Part shown: one piece after another, positions 34,334 to 44,932 of the stretch
Numbering within the stretch: the stretch's first letter is position 1
How the letters are laid out: each line of letters opens with the position of its first letter
IMG/VR virus record: IMGVR_UViG_3300046000_009647
Span: 1-52,286 of that record
Direction: 5' to 3' (one strand)
DNA: 52,286 bases
Origin: a virus
Lineage: Duplodnaviria; Caudoviricetes
The notes under the pieces: generated by a model
The model's input: the letters and a program-made list of their open reading frames with translations, nothing else
What the model was told of the DNA's origin: nothing
Databases searched by the model: none
Program-made: the position numbers and the translations under genes

Positions 34334-34341
34334 ATAAATAT
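34334..34341 (-). promoter_or_regulatory. ATATTTAT promoter motif (representative of about 20 intergenic copies)
   Basis: Reads ATAAATAT on + at 2898, 3788, 5273, 9990, 12522, 13540, 15671, 20403, 22329, 26358, 29033, 31314, 32050, 33741, 34334, 36506, 38599, 48865, 49583, 50171; mostly 13-40 nt before a start codon. Confidence 0.75.
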
Positions 34342-34345
34342 TAGG

Positions 34346-34371
34346 AAAAAAAGCCCTTTTATTAGGGCTTT
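34346..34371 (-). terminator. Intrinsic terminator after sheath
   Basis: AAAGCCCT-AATAAA-AGGGCTTTTTTT. Confidence 0.7.
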
Positions 34372-34385
34372 AATCCTAAACTTTT

Positions 34386-36467
34386 TTAGTCAAAAGATGC
34401 ACCAGTTGGTGTAACATTAAAGTCTAATATGATAAACTCAGCAGTTCTAGTAGGTTGAATAAAAATCTGACCTACTAATTGATTTCTATCAATTACATCA
34501 GCAGTATTATTTGAATCATCCATTACCACTTTATAAGCGTATAAGCCTTGTCTTTGTTGGATTGAATCCAAGTAAGGATTTACTTGTCTTAAGAATCTGT
34601 TTCTTGTAGCAGCTGTGTTTTGTTCGAATACTAATCCGTTAGCTACTTGACCAATGTATGATTTTAATTCGATTAATAATCTTCTAACATTGATTCTGTC
34701 TAAAGCAGATGCTTTTTTCTGTAATGTTTTCTGACCGTATGCTACTACACCTTGTCCAGGGAAGGTAGCTAATGAATTAACTTTACCAGCATATAGAGTA
34801 TCTCTATCAGATGGAGCTAATTTTCTTTCAGCTTGAATTACACTTAATCCACCTCTAGTAAATCCTGCAGGAGCGAACCATGGAGCACCTACTCTATCAT
34901 TATAAGCATAAACACTTGGAATGATTGTTGATGGTGGAACCCATGTTAATTTTCCTGTATTAGGAGCACTAATTTGAACCCATGGATAATAAGTTGCTGC
35001 ATATGAACTATCAATTGTAGTTGCATTGTTGATTACTGTAGCTACATTATTTCCAAAAGCAGACATGTCTACAATAGCGATACAATCTCCTCTATCAGTA
35101 GCCATATTAGTTATTGAAGTAATAATTGCATTTCCTGTTGTAGCTGTAATACCTGGAGTAGTAATTATGTTAAATTTAAATTCATCAACGTTACCTAATA
35201 ATGAAATTGATGAGGTATAATCTGAATTTGATAAACCATAAACTCCACAGTTTGAACCTGCAGCTCCACCAAATGATCCACTTTGTGGGGTTGGTAATGA
35301 AGAAGTATAAGATGCTACTGGATTTCCATTATTATCAAAATAATTTGGGGTAGTATAAGTAACTGATTTTATTCTTACATATCTTGATTTATTAGTATAA
35401 TCTCCTGTTGTTTGGACATATCCATTATCTGTAGTAGTAGATTGGTTACCAATTACTGCTTCAATATAATTTAATTGGTTTGGATCTAATGATAAACCTG
35501 TCCATTGTTCTAATACTACTTTAGAATTTTGATTATCATCTCCTCTTCGGATTAATAAATCAAATGTACCACTACCTGAACTAGGATTAACAATTTCAAA
35601 TCTAAGATTATTAACTGAGCCTGAAGCTAATGAGCTTGAAGTTTCAGTACTAAAACTATTATTAATAGCACCTTGAGATAAAGTTTCTAATATAAATACT
35701 GTACTTGGAGTACTATCCGAACCCCCTGAAAATGCAGATGATGTTGGAGCTCCAATACCATAACTACTAGTCAAAGATAAATTATTATATATAGTACCGG
35801 CCTGTGTTGAAGTAAATACAATTCTATTACCTAAAAGAGAAGCAGATACTAAACTAGAAACTTCAGTACCTGAAGTGTTAATACTATTAATTAATAAAGT
35901 AGCCCATTGGGACGTAGAAGTTATAGCATTACTACCATCAAAATCTCCATCACCTACTCCTAAATCAAAATAATTGTTAAAAGAATCATACTGGTAAGAA
36001 CCTGTAGAAAGGTAAGGGTTATTTCTAATTGTATAGTTAACACCACCAAAATCTGTATTTCCTACTATTAAGATATTATTCCAAGAACCTGTTGAAGAGG
36101 ATTGAGTAACAAATGATGCAGAAGCAAATGCTCCAACTACTAATGCAACATTACTAGAAGCGCTAGAAGTTGCAGGAGCAAATGTACCGCTTACGGCTCT
36201 TTGTACTAATAAAGTAGTTCCACCTTGTTGAAAATAATTATAAGCAGAGATTGATGTTAAATATTCGTAAGATGCTCCACCACTGATGAAAGACCCACCG
36301 AACTTATTTAAATAGTCGCTATAAGAAGTAACTAAGGTTGGAATTCTAACAGGACCGGATACAGTAGGTCCTATAATAGCTGCTCCTGCAGTAATAGGGC
36401 CTTGAGTAATCTGTGATTGGTCATTTTCTCTAGTTAGAACACCTGGAGATAATAATGTTTCAGCCAT
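34386..36467 (-). CDS. Contractile tail sheath protein (T4 gp18-like)
   Basis: SPGV..RE.D, YYPW, PWFAPAG..RG, GQKTL..ALDRINVRRL, FEQN, PTRTAEFI. Confidence 0.96.
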   Translation of the reverse strand: MAETLLSPGVLTRENDQSQITQGPITAGAAIIGPTVSGPVRIPTLVTSYSDYLNKFGGSFISGGASYEYLTSISAYNYFQQGGTTLLVQRAVSGTFAPATSSASSNVALVVGAFASASFVTQSSSTGSWNNILIVGNTDFGGVNYTIRNNPYLSTGSYQYDSFNNYFDLGVGDGDFDGSNAITSTSQWATLLINSINTSGTEVSSLVSASLLGNRIVFTSTQAGTIYNNLSLTSSYGIGAPTSSAFSGGSDSTPSTVFILETLSQGAINNSFSTETSSSLASGSVNNLRFEIVNPSSGSGTFDLLIRRGDDNQNSKVVLEQWTGLSLDPNQLNYIEAVIGNQSTTTDNGYVQTTGDYTNKSRYVRIKSVTYTTPNYFDNNGNPVASYTSSLPTPQSGSFGGAAGSNCGVYGLSNSDYTSSISLLGNVDEFKFNIITTPGITATTGNAIITSITNMATDRGDCIAIVDMSAFGNNVATVINNATTIDSSYAATYYPWVQISAPNTGKLTWVPPSTIIPSVYAYNDRVGAPWFAPAGFTRGGLSVIQAERKLAPSDRDTLYAGKVNSLATFPGQGVVAYGQKTLQKKASALDRINVRRLLIELKSYIGQVANGLVFEQNTAATRNRFLRQVNPYLDSIQQRQGLYAYKVVMDDSNNTADVIDRNQLVGQIFIQPTRTAEFIILDFNVTPTGASFD

Positions 36468-36538
36468 TTTTTATTGTTATTTTAATTAGTTTAATTTGTT
36501 TGATAATAAATATTAAAAAAAGGCTCAAAACCTATAAT

Positions 36539-36790
36539 TTAGGGATAAGTTATCTCACCTGTTTTTAAATCAATTTGAACATCACCATAAGTTTCTTTAA
36601 GTCTTTTACTTAATTCATTCTCAGCTGTAAGAATTTGATCAAATAATTGTTTTAAGTATTGTTCTTCTTTTTCAATTTGTAGTTTTTTAAATCCTACTTG
36701 CCCTAATTGTGCAATTAATGTTTCAGATTGTGATTGAAAATCTTGTAATTCTTGTAATTCTGTTTCTTGTAACTTTGTTGGTTTAATCAT
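36539..36790 (-). CDS. Small coiled-coil protein
   Basis: Q/E/L-rich, ends YG...IDLKTGEI. Confidence 0.75.
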   Translation of the reverse strand: MIKPTKLQETELQELQDFQSQSETLIAQLGQVGFKKLQIEKEEQYLKQLFDQILTAENELSKRLKETYGDVQIDLKTGEITYP

Positions 36791-36814
36791 AACGTTGTTT
36801 TATTTAATTTATTT

Positions 36815-38578
36815 TTAGAATAATGCATTCCAAGTTGTCCCATCGTAGTAATATAGAATACTAGCTCCTGCTGATCCTGAAGCTATTATCATACCTTCTA
36901 CGGGAGTTGGTGTTGTTGTTCTTCGTTGTAATATTAGAATATCGTTTAGTCTCGTTGATCCTGATACATCTAAGGTATAGGATGGTGTTGAAGTTCCTAT
37001 ACCTACTCTAGCATCAGATACTGAACCTGAGGATGGGTTACCAGTTGTTGTTGAGTACGATCCGGTTGCAAAAATTATTCCCCCTAAGTTAATTGCATTA
37101 CTTTGTTGTGGAGCTAGGGTTATATTTGTACCTATTATAATATTATTTGAACCTATGCTATTAGATGCTGTACTAGCAAGTCCTACTTGGTACCCCAGTA
37201 GTGTTGTATATGATGCACTTACTGCTAACTGACCTGCAGCATATCCTAAAAAATTACTATTATTTGCATTAACTGCGTAACGGCCGGTGTATTGTCCTAT
37301 AAAGTTTGACCTAGAAGCACTTGTTTCTTGACCTGTTTCTAATCCTAAGAAATTAGAACCCTCAATATTTACTGTATTTCGTCCTGCTCTATTTCCTAGA
37401 AAATTTGAATATCCTATATTGTTTGAAGCCCCACCAGCATTCCATCCCAACATAATTGATGCTGTTACGTTTGTTGTTGAGCTTGCTGGCCCTCCAGGAG
37501 GTGCTGTTGAGTATAGTGTACCTAAGTCAATGTTATTATTATATACTTCTATTGGACTTGTGTTTGGTGCCCAAGAAGCACTTAATGCTTGAGTAGCATA
37601 GGATGCAGTAGTTGAAAATGAAGCTGTTCCAAATAGTGAACCTGTTATTGAACCCGACACATTTAGTGAACCTGTTATTTGAAACTGAGAACCTGAGGCG
37701 AATACTAAATTTCTTCTTGCATTATCTGCCGTACCATTTCCTATAATAAAAGCAGCCTCTGCTGATGATGTTATATTAAACTGACCTTGTACATGTTGGT
37801 AATTACCTAATGCTATTGTTGAATTCCCTTCAGCATGTGAGTGTGATCCTGAAGCTAAGGTGTCATATCCTTCAGCATGGGATTTTTCACCTCTAGCTTC
37901 TGTATTATTTCCTTCAGCATGTGAATAATCTCCTGATGCTGTTGTATAATTTCCCTCAGCATGTGATCCTATTCCGGATGCTAGGGTATATTGTCCTTCG
38001 GCGTGTGAATAATTATTTGATGCAGTTGTAACATTTCCTTCAGCATGTGAGCCTATTCCTGAAGCTATTGTAGAGTCTCCTTCAGCATGAGCTGAAATAT
38101 TAGTTGCTTTGGTATTTGATCCTTGAGCATAAGAAAAATTTCCTGATGCCGTAAGGTTACTACCTTGAGTAAATGAATATAATCCTGTAGGGGTACTAGT
38201 GCCTAAAGTTAAACTTGAAGAATTATATATAAATTTAAAACCAGAATTTCCAGCTAAAACACTACCACTATTATATTGGACTTGTGTATCAGATCCCCCA
38301 GGTTGAGACACACTCATTGTAACTCCTAATGAAGCTGAGGCTAGATATGATAATTGTCCTGTAGTAGGATCATATGTAATTACATTAGCTCTAGAGGTAT
38401 TAGGTAATCCTTTTAAAAAGGTTGAACCTGTAACATTTAATGAACCAGATGTAGAGAGTGAACCTGTTATAATTATATCAATAGGAGTAACTCCATTTAA
38501 AGCATTTATTACTCTTAATAGATGTTCTGAATGGATTATTTGCCCTACTGCAATTCCTGATGTACTTATTGTAGCCAT
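36815..38578 (-). CDS. Tail fibre/adhesin with YadA-head-like 14-aa repeats
   Basis: Tandem SHAEGxxTxASG repeats, SNFLG repeats, VGIGTSTP. Confidence 0.8.
   Translation of the reverse strand: MATISTSGIAVGQIIHSEHLLRVINALNGVTPIDIIITGSLSTSGSLNVTGSTFLKGLPNTSRANVITYDPTTGQLSYLASASLGVTMSVSQPGGSDTQVQYNSGSVLAGNSGFKFIYNSSSLTLGTSTPTGLYSFTQGSNLTASGNFSYAQGSNTKATNISAHAEGDSTIASGIGSHAEGNVTTASNNYSHAEGQYTLASGIGSHAEGNYTTASGDYSHAEGNNTEARGEKSHAEGYDTLASGSHSHAEGNSTIALGNYQHVQGQFNITSSAEAAFIIGNGTADNARRNLVFASGSQFQITGSLNVSGSITGSLFGTASFSTTASYATQALSASWAPNTSPIEVYNNNIDLGTLYSTAPPGGPASSTTNVTASIMLGWNAGGASNNIGYSNFLGNRAGRNTVNIEGSNFLGLETGQETSASRSNFIGQYTGRYAVNANNSNFLGYAAGQLAVSASYTTLLGYQVGLASTASNSIGSNNIIIGTNITLAPQQSNAINLGGIIFATGSYSTTTGNPSSGSVSDARVGIGTSTPSYTLDVSGSTRLNDILILQRRTTTPTPVEGMIIASGSAGASILYYYDGTTWNALF
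37820..38095 (-). repeat. 42-bp coding tandem repeat (seven HAEG units)
   Basis: Recurrent ccttcagcatg(t/g/a)ga spaced 42 nt on the + strand. Confidence 0.8.
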
Positions 38579-38652
38579 TTATAGTAATATATTTTGTAAT
38601 AAATATTAAGGAATTATTTAATGGTTTAAGTTTATTAATTTAGAGATAATTT

Positions 38653-39018
38653 TTATATTAAAAATTTCAAAATTGCAAGTACTACTGCAGCACCTAAAAT
38701 ACCACCATAACTTCCCATATGAATATCAACCTGGTCCCATTCAGTACCATATAATTTACTTCTTATCCCCTCTCTAACGCCATTAACAACGTAAGCTCCG
38801 AATCCACCAACGAATAGTTGAAATAGTACTCCAACATCATCTAAGTCAAAAAATAATATTAACACTATTATAGAAGGTACTGTTAATACCAAAGACCAAA
38901 GCAAATGTTTGTAATATGCTCTAGTTATAAATTCAGGTGTTTTTATAAACTTTATATCAGTAAAATATGTTACTATATTTTTTTTAATTATTGGGCAAAT
39001 TGGGCATTGTATTTTCAT
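38653..39018 (-). CDS. Three-TM membrane protein
   Basis: Hydrophobic helices; KH...E...D..D..G.YGG. Confidence 0.75.
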   Translation of the reverse strand: MKIQCPICPIIKKNIVTYFTDIKFIKTPEFITRAYYKHLLWSLVLTVPSIIVLILFFDLDDVGVLFQLFVGGFGAYVVNGVREGIRSKLYGTEWDQVDIHMGSYGGILGAAVVLAILKFLI

Positions 39019-39030
39019 AATTTTATTTTT

Positions 39031-42000
39031 TTATATTTTTATAAATCTTATTGTTTTGTTATCTAATCTTAGCAAATATAGACCTTTATTTAATGTATTT
39101 GTGTTTACTATAATTGTATTCTCATTGTACTTAGTATACTCTACTTTATATGTTTTTCCTAATATGTTATAAACTTTTAAAATTTTACCCTTGAAGTTTT
39201 TAATGTATAGGTTGTTGTTTGTTGGATTAGGATATACAACTATTTCACTATTTGCTGCTGGGATATTTGTTAATAATAGGTTAGTATAAACTAATTCAAA
39301 TCTATCGTTAAATTCACCTATTTCGCTTGTAAAAGTGTAAGGTAAGTTATGTAGCACACCATTATCTTTTATGTAAACATTATCTATATTATTTAAACTA
39401 TCGATAGATATTGTAAATGTTTCAGCTACTGCTGTTTCATACCCTAATTTAACAACATCGTTTAGGTTATAAGTTCCTCTAGCTTGGATATCATATTTAT
39501 CTCCATTCTCAATAGAATAGAATTTAATTGGTGTTTTAGCTATTAGAATTTTAGCATCAAAACCTTTATTATAAGCTAAAGAAGTGTCATCTCGATATCC
39601 AATTAATTGTTGTGAGAATAGCCCCAAACTTGTTGACATATTCAACCAAACTTTATTAATTTCTTGAGTTCTAAAAAAAGCCACAGCTGTCGTGTTAACA
39701 TAAGCGTTAGACATTAATGAAGGTGTAAAAACTAAATTAGCGTTATTTTCAGCTTCAACAAAGAAACCTTGACAACTTCCAATAACGTTGGTAGGTACTT
39801 TACCACCAAATGTTGCTGCCACACCACCAAGTTTTGTATATCTTGCATAATCATTCACAGAGAAATTAAACATTTCTAACCCAGAATATGATGTACTTAA
39901 TGTGTTAGTATGTGTCCAGAAAAATAGAGTACCTGAAATGTTGGTGATGTTGGCATCAATAAAGTCATTTGAATTGATAGCAGCTGGAAATGGGTTACCA
40001 ATAAGGTTTTTATCATCATTAGTCTCCAATAAATTTGCGCTTAATCCTATTGGAGTTGTAATAACACCTGTGTTTAATTGACCTATGAAATTAACAATTT
40101 CAATTCTAGGATAAGTGCCTGTTGGTATTAAAGATTTTATCATAGAAATATATCCTTTTCCTTTAACCATAATATCACTAGGTAAAACATTTGTCCAAGC
40201 ATCATCATTATCATCTTGACCATCAGGTAGGTTTGATAAAAAGGTGTTTTGGTATCTAGTTTCAATATCAAAAAAGTTAGATGTGTTAAAAGTATAGGTA
40301 TGGTTTGGTTCCCACTTAGTAGCTAGTAGTGAATTTCCAATACTGCAATTTACAGGTGATGACCAATAAGTATAATCATAACGTTTCATTGGTGTAGTTC
40401 GTCTTTCAATATTTATGATACCTGTAGAAATACAAGTAGGTGAAATTGGAATTAAAGATCCACCAGATTTAACTTGTAAAGAACCAAAAGTATCAACGGT
40501 GATAATATCTCCACTAACACTACAATATTCACCAGAAGTGATAATTAAACTAGCTCCACTAGTTACAAATAAATCGCAGCAGTCAATAGATCCATCATTA
40601 GACGTGTCATAGAGTCCGTTAATTACTGCTGTTCTGTTTGATAAGGGAATACCAGCAGACCAAGAACTTCCATCCCAAGTAGTTATTGCACATCCGGCAT
40701 TTATAATATTAATAGTTTGGTTTAAATTATTATATCCTGTTGTTGCTTCAAAAACAATATCTGAATTAGCCAATTTTATACTATATTCAGGTCTTGATTC
40801 TAGATTAGGATCGGCAATGTGTAAATATAAGCTATATTGTCCATCAGGTATGTCTTTTACCAATGATTGAGAAAATGAGTGTGTTGTTCTCCAAAATCTT
40901 GGATCAACGGTTAATAGTTTTTTGTATTCGGTCCCTGAGGTATTTCTAAAAACAAGGTATACATTTTTATTAGATGTTACATTACCGTAACCTGTATTGG
41001 TTATGTTCATAGTAAAATCAATTGTTGTACCTATATTAATAGTTGTTGAATTTAATTGTAATCTATATCCTAGGTTTTTAAGTATTGTATTATAATGACC
41101 AGATGCAATCCAATCATTCCAAGCATTTGGGAAATAATCTCTATTTAAAGTTGAGAAGTTTAAAACATCTAACTCTACAACAGCATTGGCACCAGTAGTT
41201 CGTATTCCACTGTTACATGGATTAATTCCATTTGTTTCACCATTCATAGGTAAATATTGACTAGCGTTACTTATTAGCAAATAATCCGTGGTACCAACAG
41301 GGTTAACACAATTATTAATTTCATAAGTTCCCATATCACCATCTTCATTAAGAAAAGCATCGTTGTAAAATCCAACCCTAGCTAACGGTGTATTTTGGTA
41401 AGCAGTAACATCAGTTAGTAGTGTACTTCCGTACATTTTACGTTTTGCTGTTGCATATCTAACTTGAATAGGTAAGTTGCCAAAATTAGATAACATTGCA
41501 TCAACAACTTCTTTTCTATTTAACCACTGAGTATTACTTATATTTCCTTCATCACCAAATTCAGGACTTCCATCAGTATCACTACTAGTACTACCACCTG
41601 TATAATACCATTCACCATAAACACCAATAAAACCACATTGTACTGATACCATAATGTCTTTATTTAAGTTAATTATAGCAGAAAGTTGTGATATATGGTT
41701 TAATATAGTTTGTTTGTTTGGTTGTACTACTGCATCATAATTGGTAGTGTATGCAGGTCTAACTATTACTTTTAACCCAGCATTTCTTATTCTATTAAAA
41801 TCTGTCTGTACGTTAGTTAGGTACGTTGAATTAATAACACTATTATTACTAATAAATTCACCTAACATCAAATACCTATAGACAACAGTTATTTTATCGG
41901 TACCAGTTCTCCAACCAGTTAATGTTGCTTGATTAATTGGACTATACGTTCCGGAACTACTTACATTCTTTGAATATTTTTGTAATCCTCTTTCAGGGTT

Positions 42001-42090
42001 AGAGAAGTTAGAAGAATCGGTAGTATAGTTAACTGTCTGTGAAAAACTAATGTAAGTTGTTAATAGGAAAAGGAGAATTAGTTGTTTCAT
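39031..42090 (-). CDS. Secreted DUF4874/DUF4832-type putative glycoside hydrolase with T9SS type A C-terminal sorting domain
   Basis: Sec signal ending FSQ; NPERG, GFIG.YGEW, GFYNDAFL..DMGTY, GET, LGYRL; YTYWSSPV/NLIGNPF/QGFFV flavobacterial module; YPNP...VYNILG...GLYLL....RFIK. Confidence 0.85.
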   Translation of the reverse strand: MKQLILLFLLTTYISFSQTVNYTTDSSNFSNPERGLQKYSKNVSSSGTYSPINQATLTGWRTGTDKITVVYRYLMLGEFISNNSVINSTYLTNVQTDFNRIRNAGLKVIVRPAYTTNYDAVVQPNKQTILNHISQLSAIINLNKDIMVSVQCGFIGVYGEWYYTGGSTSSDTDGSPEFGDEGNISNTQWLNRKEVVDAMLSNFGNLPIQVRYATAKRKMYGSTLLTDVTAYQNTPLARVGFYNDAFLNEDGDMGTYEINNCVNPVGTTDYLLISNASQYLPMNGETNGINPCNSGIRTTGANAVVELDVLNFSTLNRDYFPNAWNDWIASGHYNTILKNLGYRLQLNSTTINIGTTIDFTMNITNTGYGNVTSNKNVYLVFRNTSGTEYKKLLTVDPRFWRTTHSFSQSLVKDIPDGQYSLYLHIADPNLESRPEYSIKLANSDIVFEATTGYNNLNQTINIINAGCAITTWDGSSWSAGIPLSNRTAVINGLYDTSNDGSIDCCDLFVTSGASLIITSGEYCSVSGDIITVDTFGSLQVKSGGSLIPISPTCISTGIINIERRTTPMKRYDYTYWSSPVNCSIGNSLLATKWEPNHTYTFNTSNFFDIETRYQNTFLSNLPDGQDDNDDAWTNVLPSDIMVKGKGYISMIKSLIPTGTYPRIEIVNFIGQLNTGVITTPIGLSANLLETNDDKNLIGNPFPAAINSNDFIDANITNISGTLFFWTHTNTLSTSYSGLEMFNFSVNDYARYTKLGGVAATFGGKVPTNVIGSCQGFFVEAENNANLVFTPSLMSNAYVNTTAVAFFRTQEINKVWLNMSTSLGLFSQQLIGYRDDTSLAYNKGFDAKILIAKTPIKFYSIENGDKYDIQARGTYNLNDVVKLGYETAVAETFTISIDSLNNIDNVYIKDNGVLHNLPYTFTSEIGEFNDRFELVYTNLLLTNIPAANSEIVVYPNPTNNNLYIKNFKGKILKVYNILGKTYKVEYTKYNENTIIVNTNTLNKGLYLLRLDNKTIRFIKI

Positions 42091-42338
42091 AATTTTATAT
42101 ATTTTTTTGTTTTTTTATTAAATTTGAATTTCAAGTATACTTTGTCTGAGTAGTAATATAGCATGTTTTTACTTATTCTAACTGAATTATCGTTTTCTAA
42201 GTATAGGATAGTGTCTTTATATAATAATTTTTTATCAACTATACGTAATGTTTCTTTATTGTATACTACACTTTGCTTATTAATCTTAATTTGAGAAAAA
42301 CAAATTGTACTTAAAAGTAATATTACTATTAATTTCAT
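42087..42338 (-). CDS. Small secreted protein
   Basis: Signal peptide ending CFSQ; ATGA overlaps on both sides. Confidence 0.7.
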   Translation of the reverse strand: MKLIVILLLSTICFSQIKINKQSVVYNKETLRIVDKKLLYKDTILYLENDNSVRISKNMLYYYSDKVYLKFKFNKKTKKYIKL

Positions 42339-42697
42339 AGTTTTAAGTTAGATTGTCTGTAGCTAAAATTTGTTATTCCTAAATCTAATATTTTTTGATT
42401 ACACTCTGCTCTAAGTCTATCTCTCTCATCAATTGCTGATTGTGGAATAGGTATACCATCTATACTTATTTTTTCAATGTGTTTTCTTAAAAGGTCTGAG
42501 ATAAGTCCTGTATAATATAAATCTATTTCTAGTGCCTCATCAACAAGGTCTTCCTGAAATACATAATTGCTTTCAAATATCTCTCCATCTGCCCTTAAAT
42601 AATCAACATAAGCCACATACAATGTACTACTTTCATCCATTGGAATAACTTGGCTATTCTCATCAATTATTTTTCCATATTTAGTTCTGTAGTACAT
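42335..42697 (-). CDS. Possible tail fibre assembly chaperone
   Basis: IPMD...Y..Y..YL and ERD.LR; directly after the fibre gene. Confidence 0.55.
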   Translation of the reverse strand: MYYRTKYGKIIDENSQVIPMDESSTLYVAYVDYLRADGEIFESNYVFQEDLVDEALEIDLYYTGLISDLLRKHIEKISIDGIPIPQSAIDERDRLRAECNQKILDLGITNFSYRQSNLKL

Positions 42698-42699
42698 AA

Positions 42700-44922
42700 T
42701 TATTGATTTTTTACGTTACCAATTGCGCCACCATCTAAATAACTTGCAATAGCCGCTGTTGCATTATTAGATATCCAAGTTAATAACTGAATTACGCCCG
42801 TTGCATAATTAGGTATGTTTGTTGCTAATGTGTTTGTAGTTGATATACTTGCGCCAGTTGCAATAGTTACCCTTTCAACTGTTACAATATAAGTAGTAGT
42901 TGTTTGCTCAATAGTAATAAAGTAATTGTATTGTGAATCGGTACAAGGGTAAGAACTGCCTAAATCAATTGTTGTAGCTGTTCCACTTGCATCATTATGA
43001 ACAACGTGCATATTAGTACTACTTGATAGTTGACAAACTCCTACAACATCCGTTAATGTTGATGGTTCAACGTTAGTAGGTGCTACAAATTGATTGCCTT
43101 TTGAAATTCCTGAAAAGAAACGTTGTCCTGATACATTAGAATTAAATTGTATTTTTCTAGTAAATACAACTTCTAACCCTGTTAAAATTAATGCATCATT
43201 TCGTCTTGAAAAAGCAAGTATTCCAGGGACGATTGTTGTATTAAAAGATATCATTCCCCTTGTTAATACTCCATTATTTAATAAAGTAAAACTGTTTGCC
43301 ATAATTCTTTCTGAATAACCAAAACCAGAAGATAATCCTGTTGAAACTGTATTAGGGACAAACCAAAAATAATTATCTCGCATTATAGCTTTTTGAATAG
43401 AATCAAAAATTAATGTAGATGTATTTTGTTTATTGTTAAATGTTGTCCAATCTGTTGAACTTAGTATACCACTACTGCTAACACTTGCTGTTGGTAAATT
43501 ATTATAAGTTGTTGCAGTAATTGATCCTGTTACAGTTAAAGAACCAGTTACTCTATGTGTATCAGTAATGGCACTTCCTAAAGTTACTCCAGTACCTGTC
43601 ACTGTAAATTCATCTACACTTGCACTTGATACAGTAAATTGTGTTGGAGAAACTGAAGCTGTTACACTTCCTGTTGCTAGTTGTGATAAATTTAATCCTG
43701 TTATTGCTGAGGCTGGTATTGAGTTTAGATTTGCTCCTGAACCCGAGAATGAACCTGAGAATTGACCACTGAACGATCCTGTGTTTGATAGGAATTGATC
43801 TACTCTATTGGCTGTTACTATTAATGAAGGGATACCTGGTACTACTCCAAAACCTGCTTCAGCATGTAATCTTACATTAGCATCTGGAGAATACCACATT
43901 AATTGAAAATAGTCATTTGCTGCAGCATTAACAAAGAAATTCCATGCTGCTACATAATGTGCTCCATTACCAACTAATTGTATTGATGTTGCAGTATCTG
44001 TTAAATTTGTTCCATTTTTTCTTAACCAAATCCATATTTCATCTGTTCCTGAATCTGTTTTATCTACTTGAGCAGAAAATTGTATATCATATACTCCAGC
44101 ATTTTCTGTTTTAATATAAGTGTTAAAAGGATTTGTTGATCCTGATACTGATACTCCGTTTGTAATGTCTGTTGTATTTAAGGACATTGAACGAGCTGTA
44201 CCCGCTACATTAGTTTGTGTTTGAGTAGAATAAAACGATCCATATGAACCGGTTGCTGTATTAAATCCACCACCACCTGATGTTGAAGAAATAGTTACTT
44301 GTCCTAAACCATTGGTTGGTGATAGTGTTACATTTGGTCCTGCTAGTAATTGTGTTACTCCTCCGTTTAAGGCAGTTGTAGCTATTATTGCATTAGTAGC
44401 CCAACTTGCAGTACCAAATAAAGATCCTGTTATGCCTTGAGTTACGTTTAGAGAGCCTGTTATTACTTGATTTCCTATAAAGGTGTTAGAACCAGTTGTA
44501 GCAAGTGAACTTGTATTTATACTCTGTCCTGGTAAATTAATTAAACCACTTCCATCTCCTCTAAAACTTCCTGTAAAGCTACCTGTGTTATAGCTACTTG
44601 TAAATGAGTTAAATGATGAAGTTGTAACTAGTGAACTTGTGTCTATTGTTTGTGAAGGTGCCCAAGAAGCACTTATTGCAAATGAACTTGATACTGATCT
44701 TGAAGAACTTATAGCAAAAGATGAGCTAGTACTAAATGAACTTGATATAGACTTACTGGCCCAACTAGAAGTACCAAATAAAGAACCAGTAAATCCTTGA
44801 GTTGCAGATATACTTCCAGTTACTCCTAACGAACCTGTAATGAGTGCAGAACCCGTGTATGGAAATACCGATGATGTAGTTTCTTGTTTACCTCTTGAAA
44901 ATTCGTAGAATCCGTTATTCAT
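42700..44922 (-). CDS. Tail fibre protein
   Basis: TGSL/TGSF/SASWA repeats, C1q-like YGSFY...GVYDIQFS..IWLRKNG domain, distinct C-terminal domain. Confidence 0.8.
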   Translation of the reverse strand: MNNGFYEFSRGKQETTSSVFPYTGSALITGSLGVTGSISATQGFTGSLFGTSSWASKSISSSFSTSSSFAISSSRSVSSSFAISASWAPSQTIDTSSLVTTSSFNSFTSSYNTGSFTGSFRGDGSGLINLPGQSINTSSLATTGSNTFIGNQVITGSLNVTQGITGSLFGTASWATNAIIATTALNGGVTQLLAGPNVTLSPTNGLGQVTISSTSGGGGFNTATGSYGSFYSTQTQTNVAGTARSMSLNTTDITNGVSVSGSTNPFNTYIKTENAGVYDIQFSAQVDKTDSGTDEIWIWLRKNGTNLTDTATSIQLVGNGAHYVAAWNFFVNAAANDYFQLMWYSPDANVRLHAEAGFGVVPGIPSLIVTANRVDQFLSNTGSFSGQFSGSFSGSGANLNSIPASAITGLNLSQLATGSVTASVSPTQFTVSSASVDEFTVTGTGVTLGSAITDTHRVTGSLTVTGSITATTYNNLPTASVSSSGILSSTDWTTFNNKQNTSTLIFDSIQKAIMRDNYFWFVPNTVSTGLSSGFGYSERIMANSFTLLNNGVLTRGMISFNTTIVPGILAFSRRNDALILTGLEVVFTRKIQFNSNVSGQRFFSGISKGNQFVAPTNVEPSTLTDVVGVCQLSSSTNMHVVHNDASGTATTIDLGSSYPCTDSQYNYFITIEQTTTTYIVTVERVTIATGASISTTNTLATNIPNYATGVIQLLTWISNNATAAIASYLDGGAIGNVKNQ

Positions 44923-44932
44923 TTATTTTGTT

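Noticed and set aside
37820-38095. CRISPR array or DGR repeat
   Set aside because: The 42-bp periodicity is in-frame protein repeat with synonymous variation; no spacers, reverse transcriptase or adenine-specific TR/VR pair
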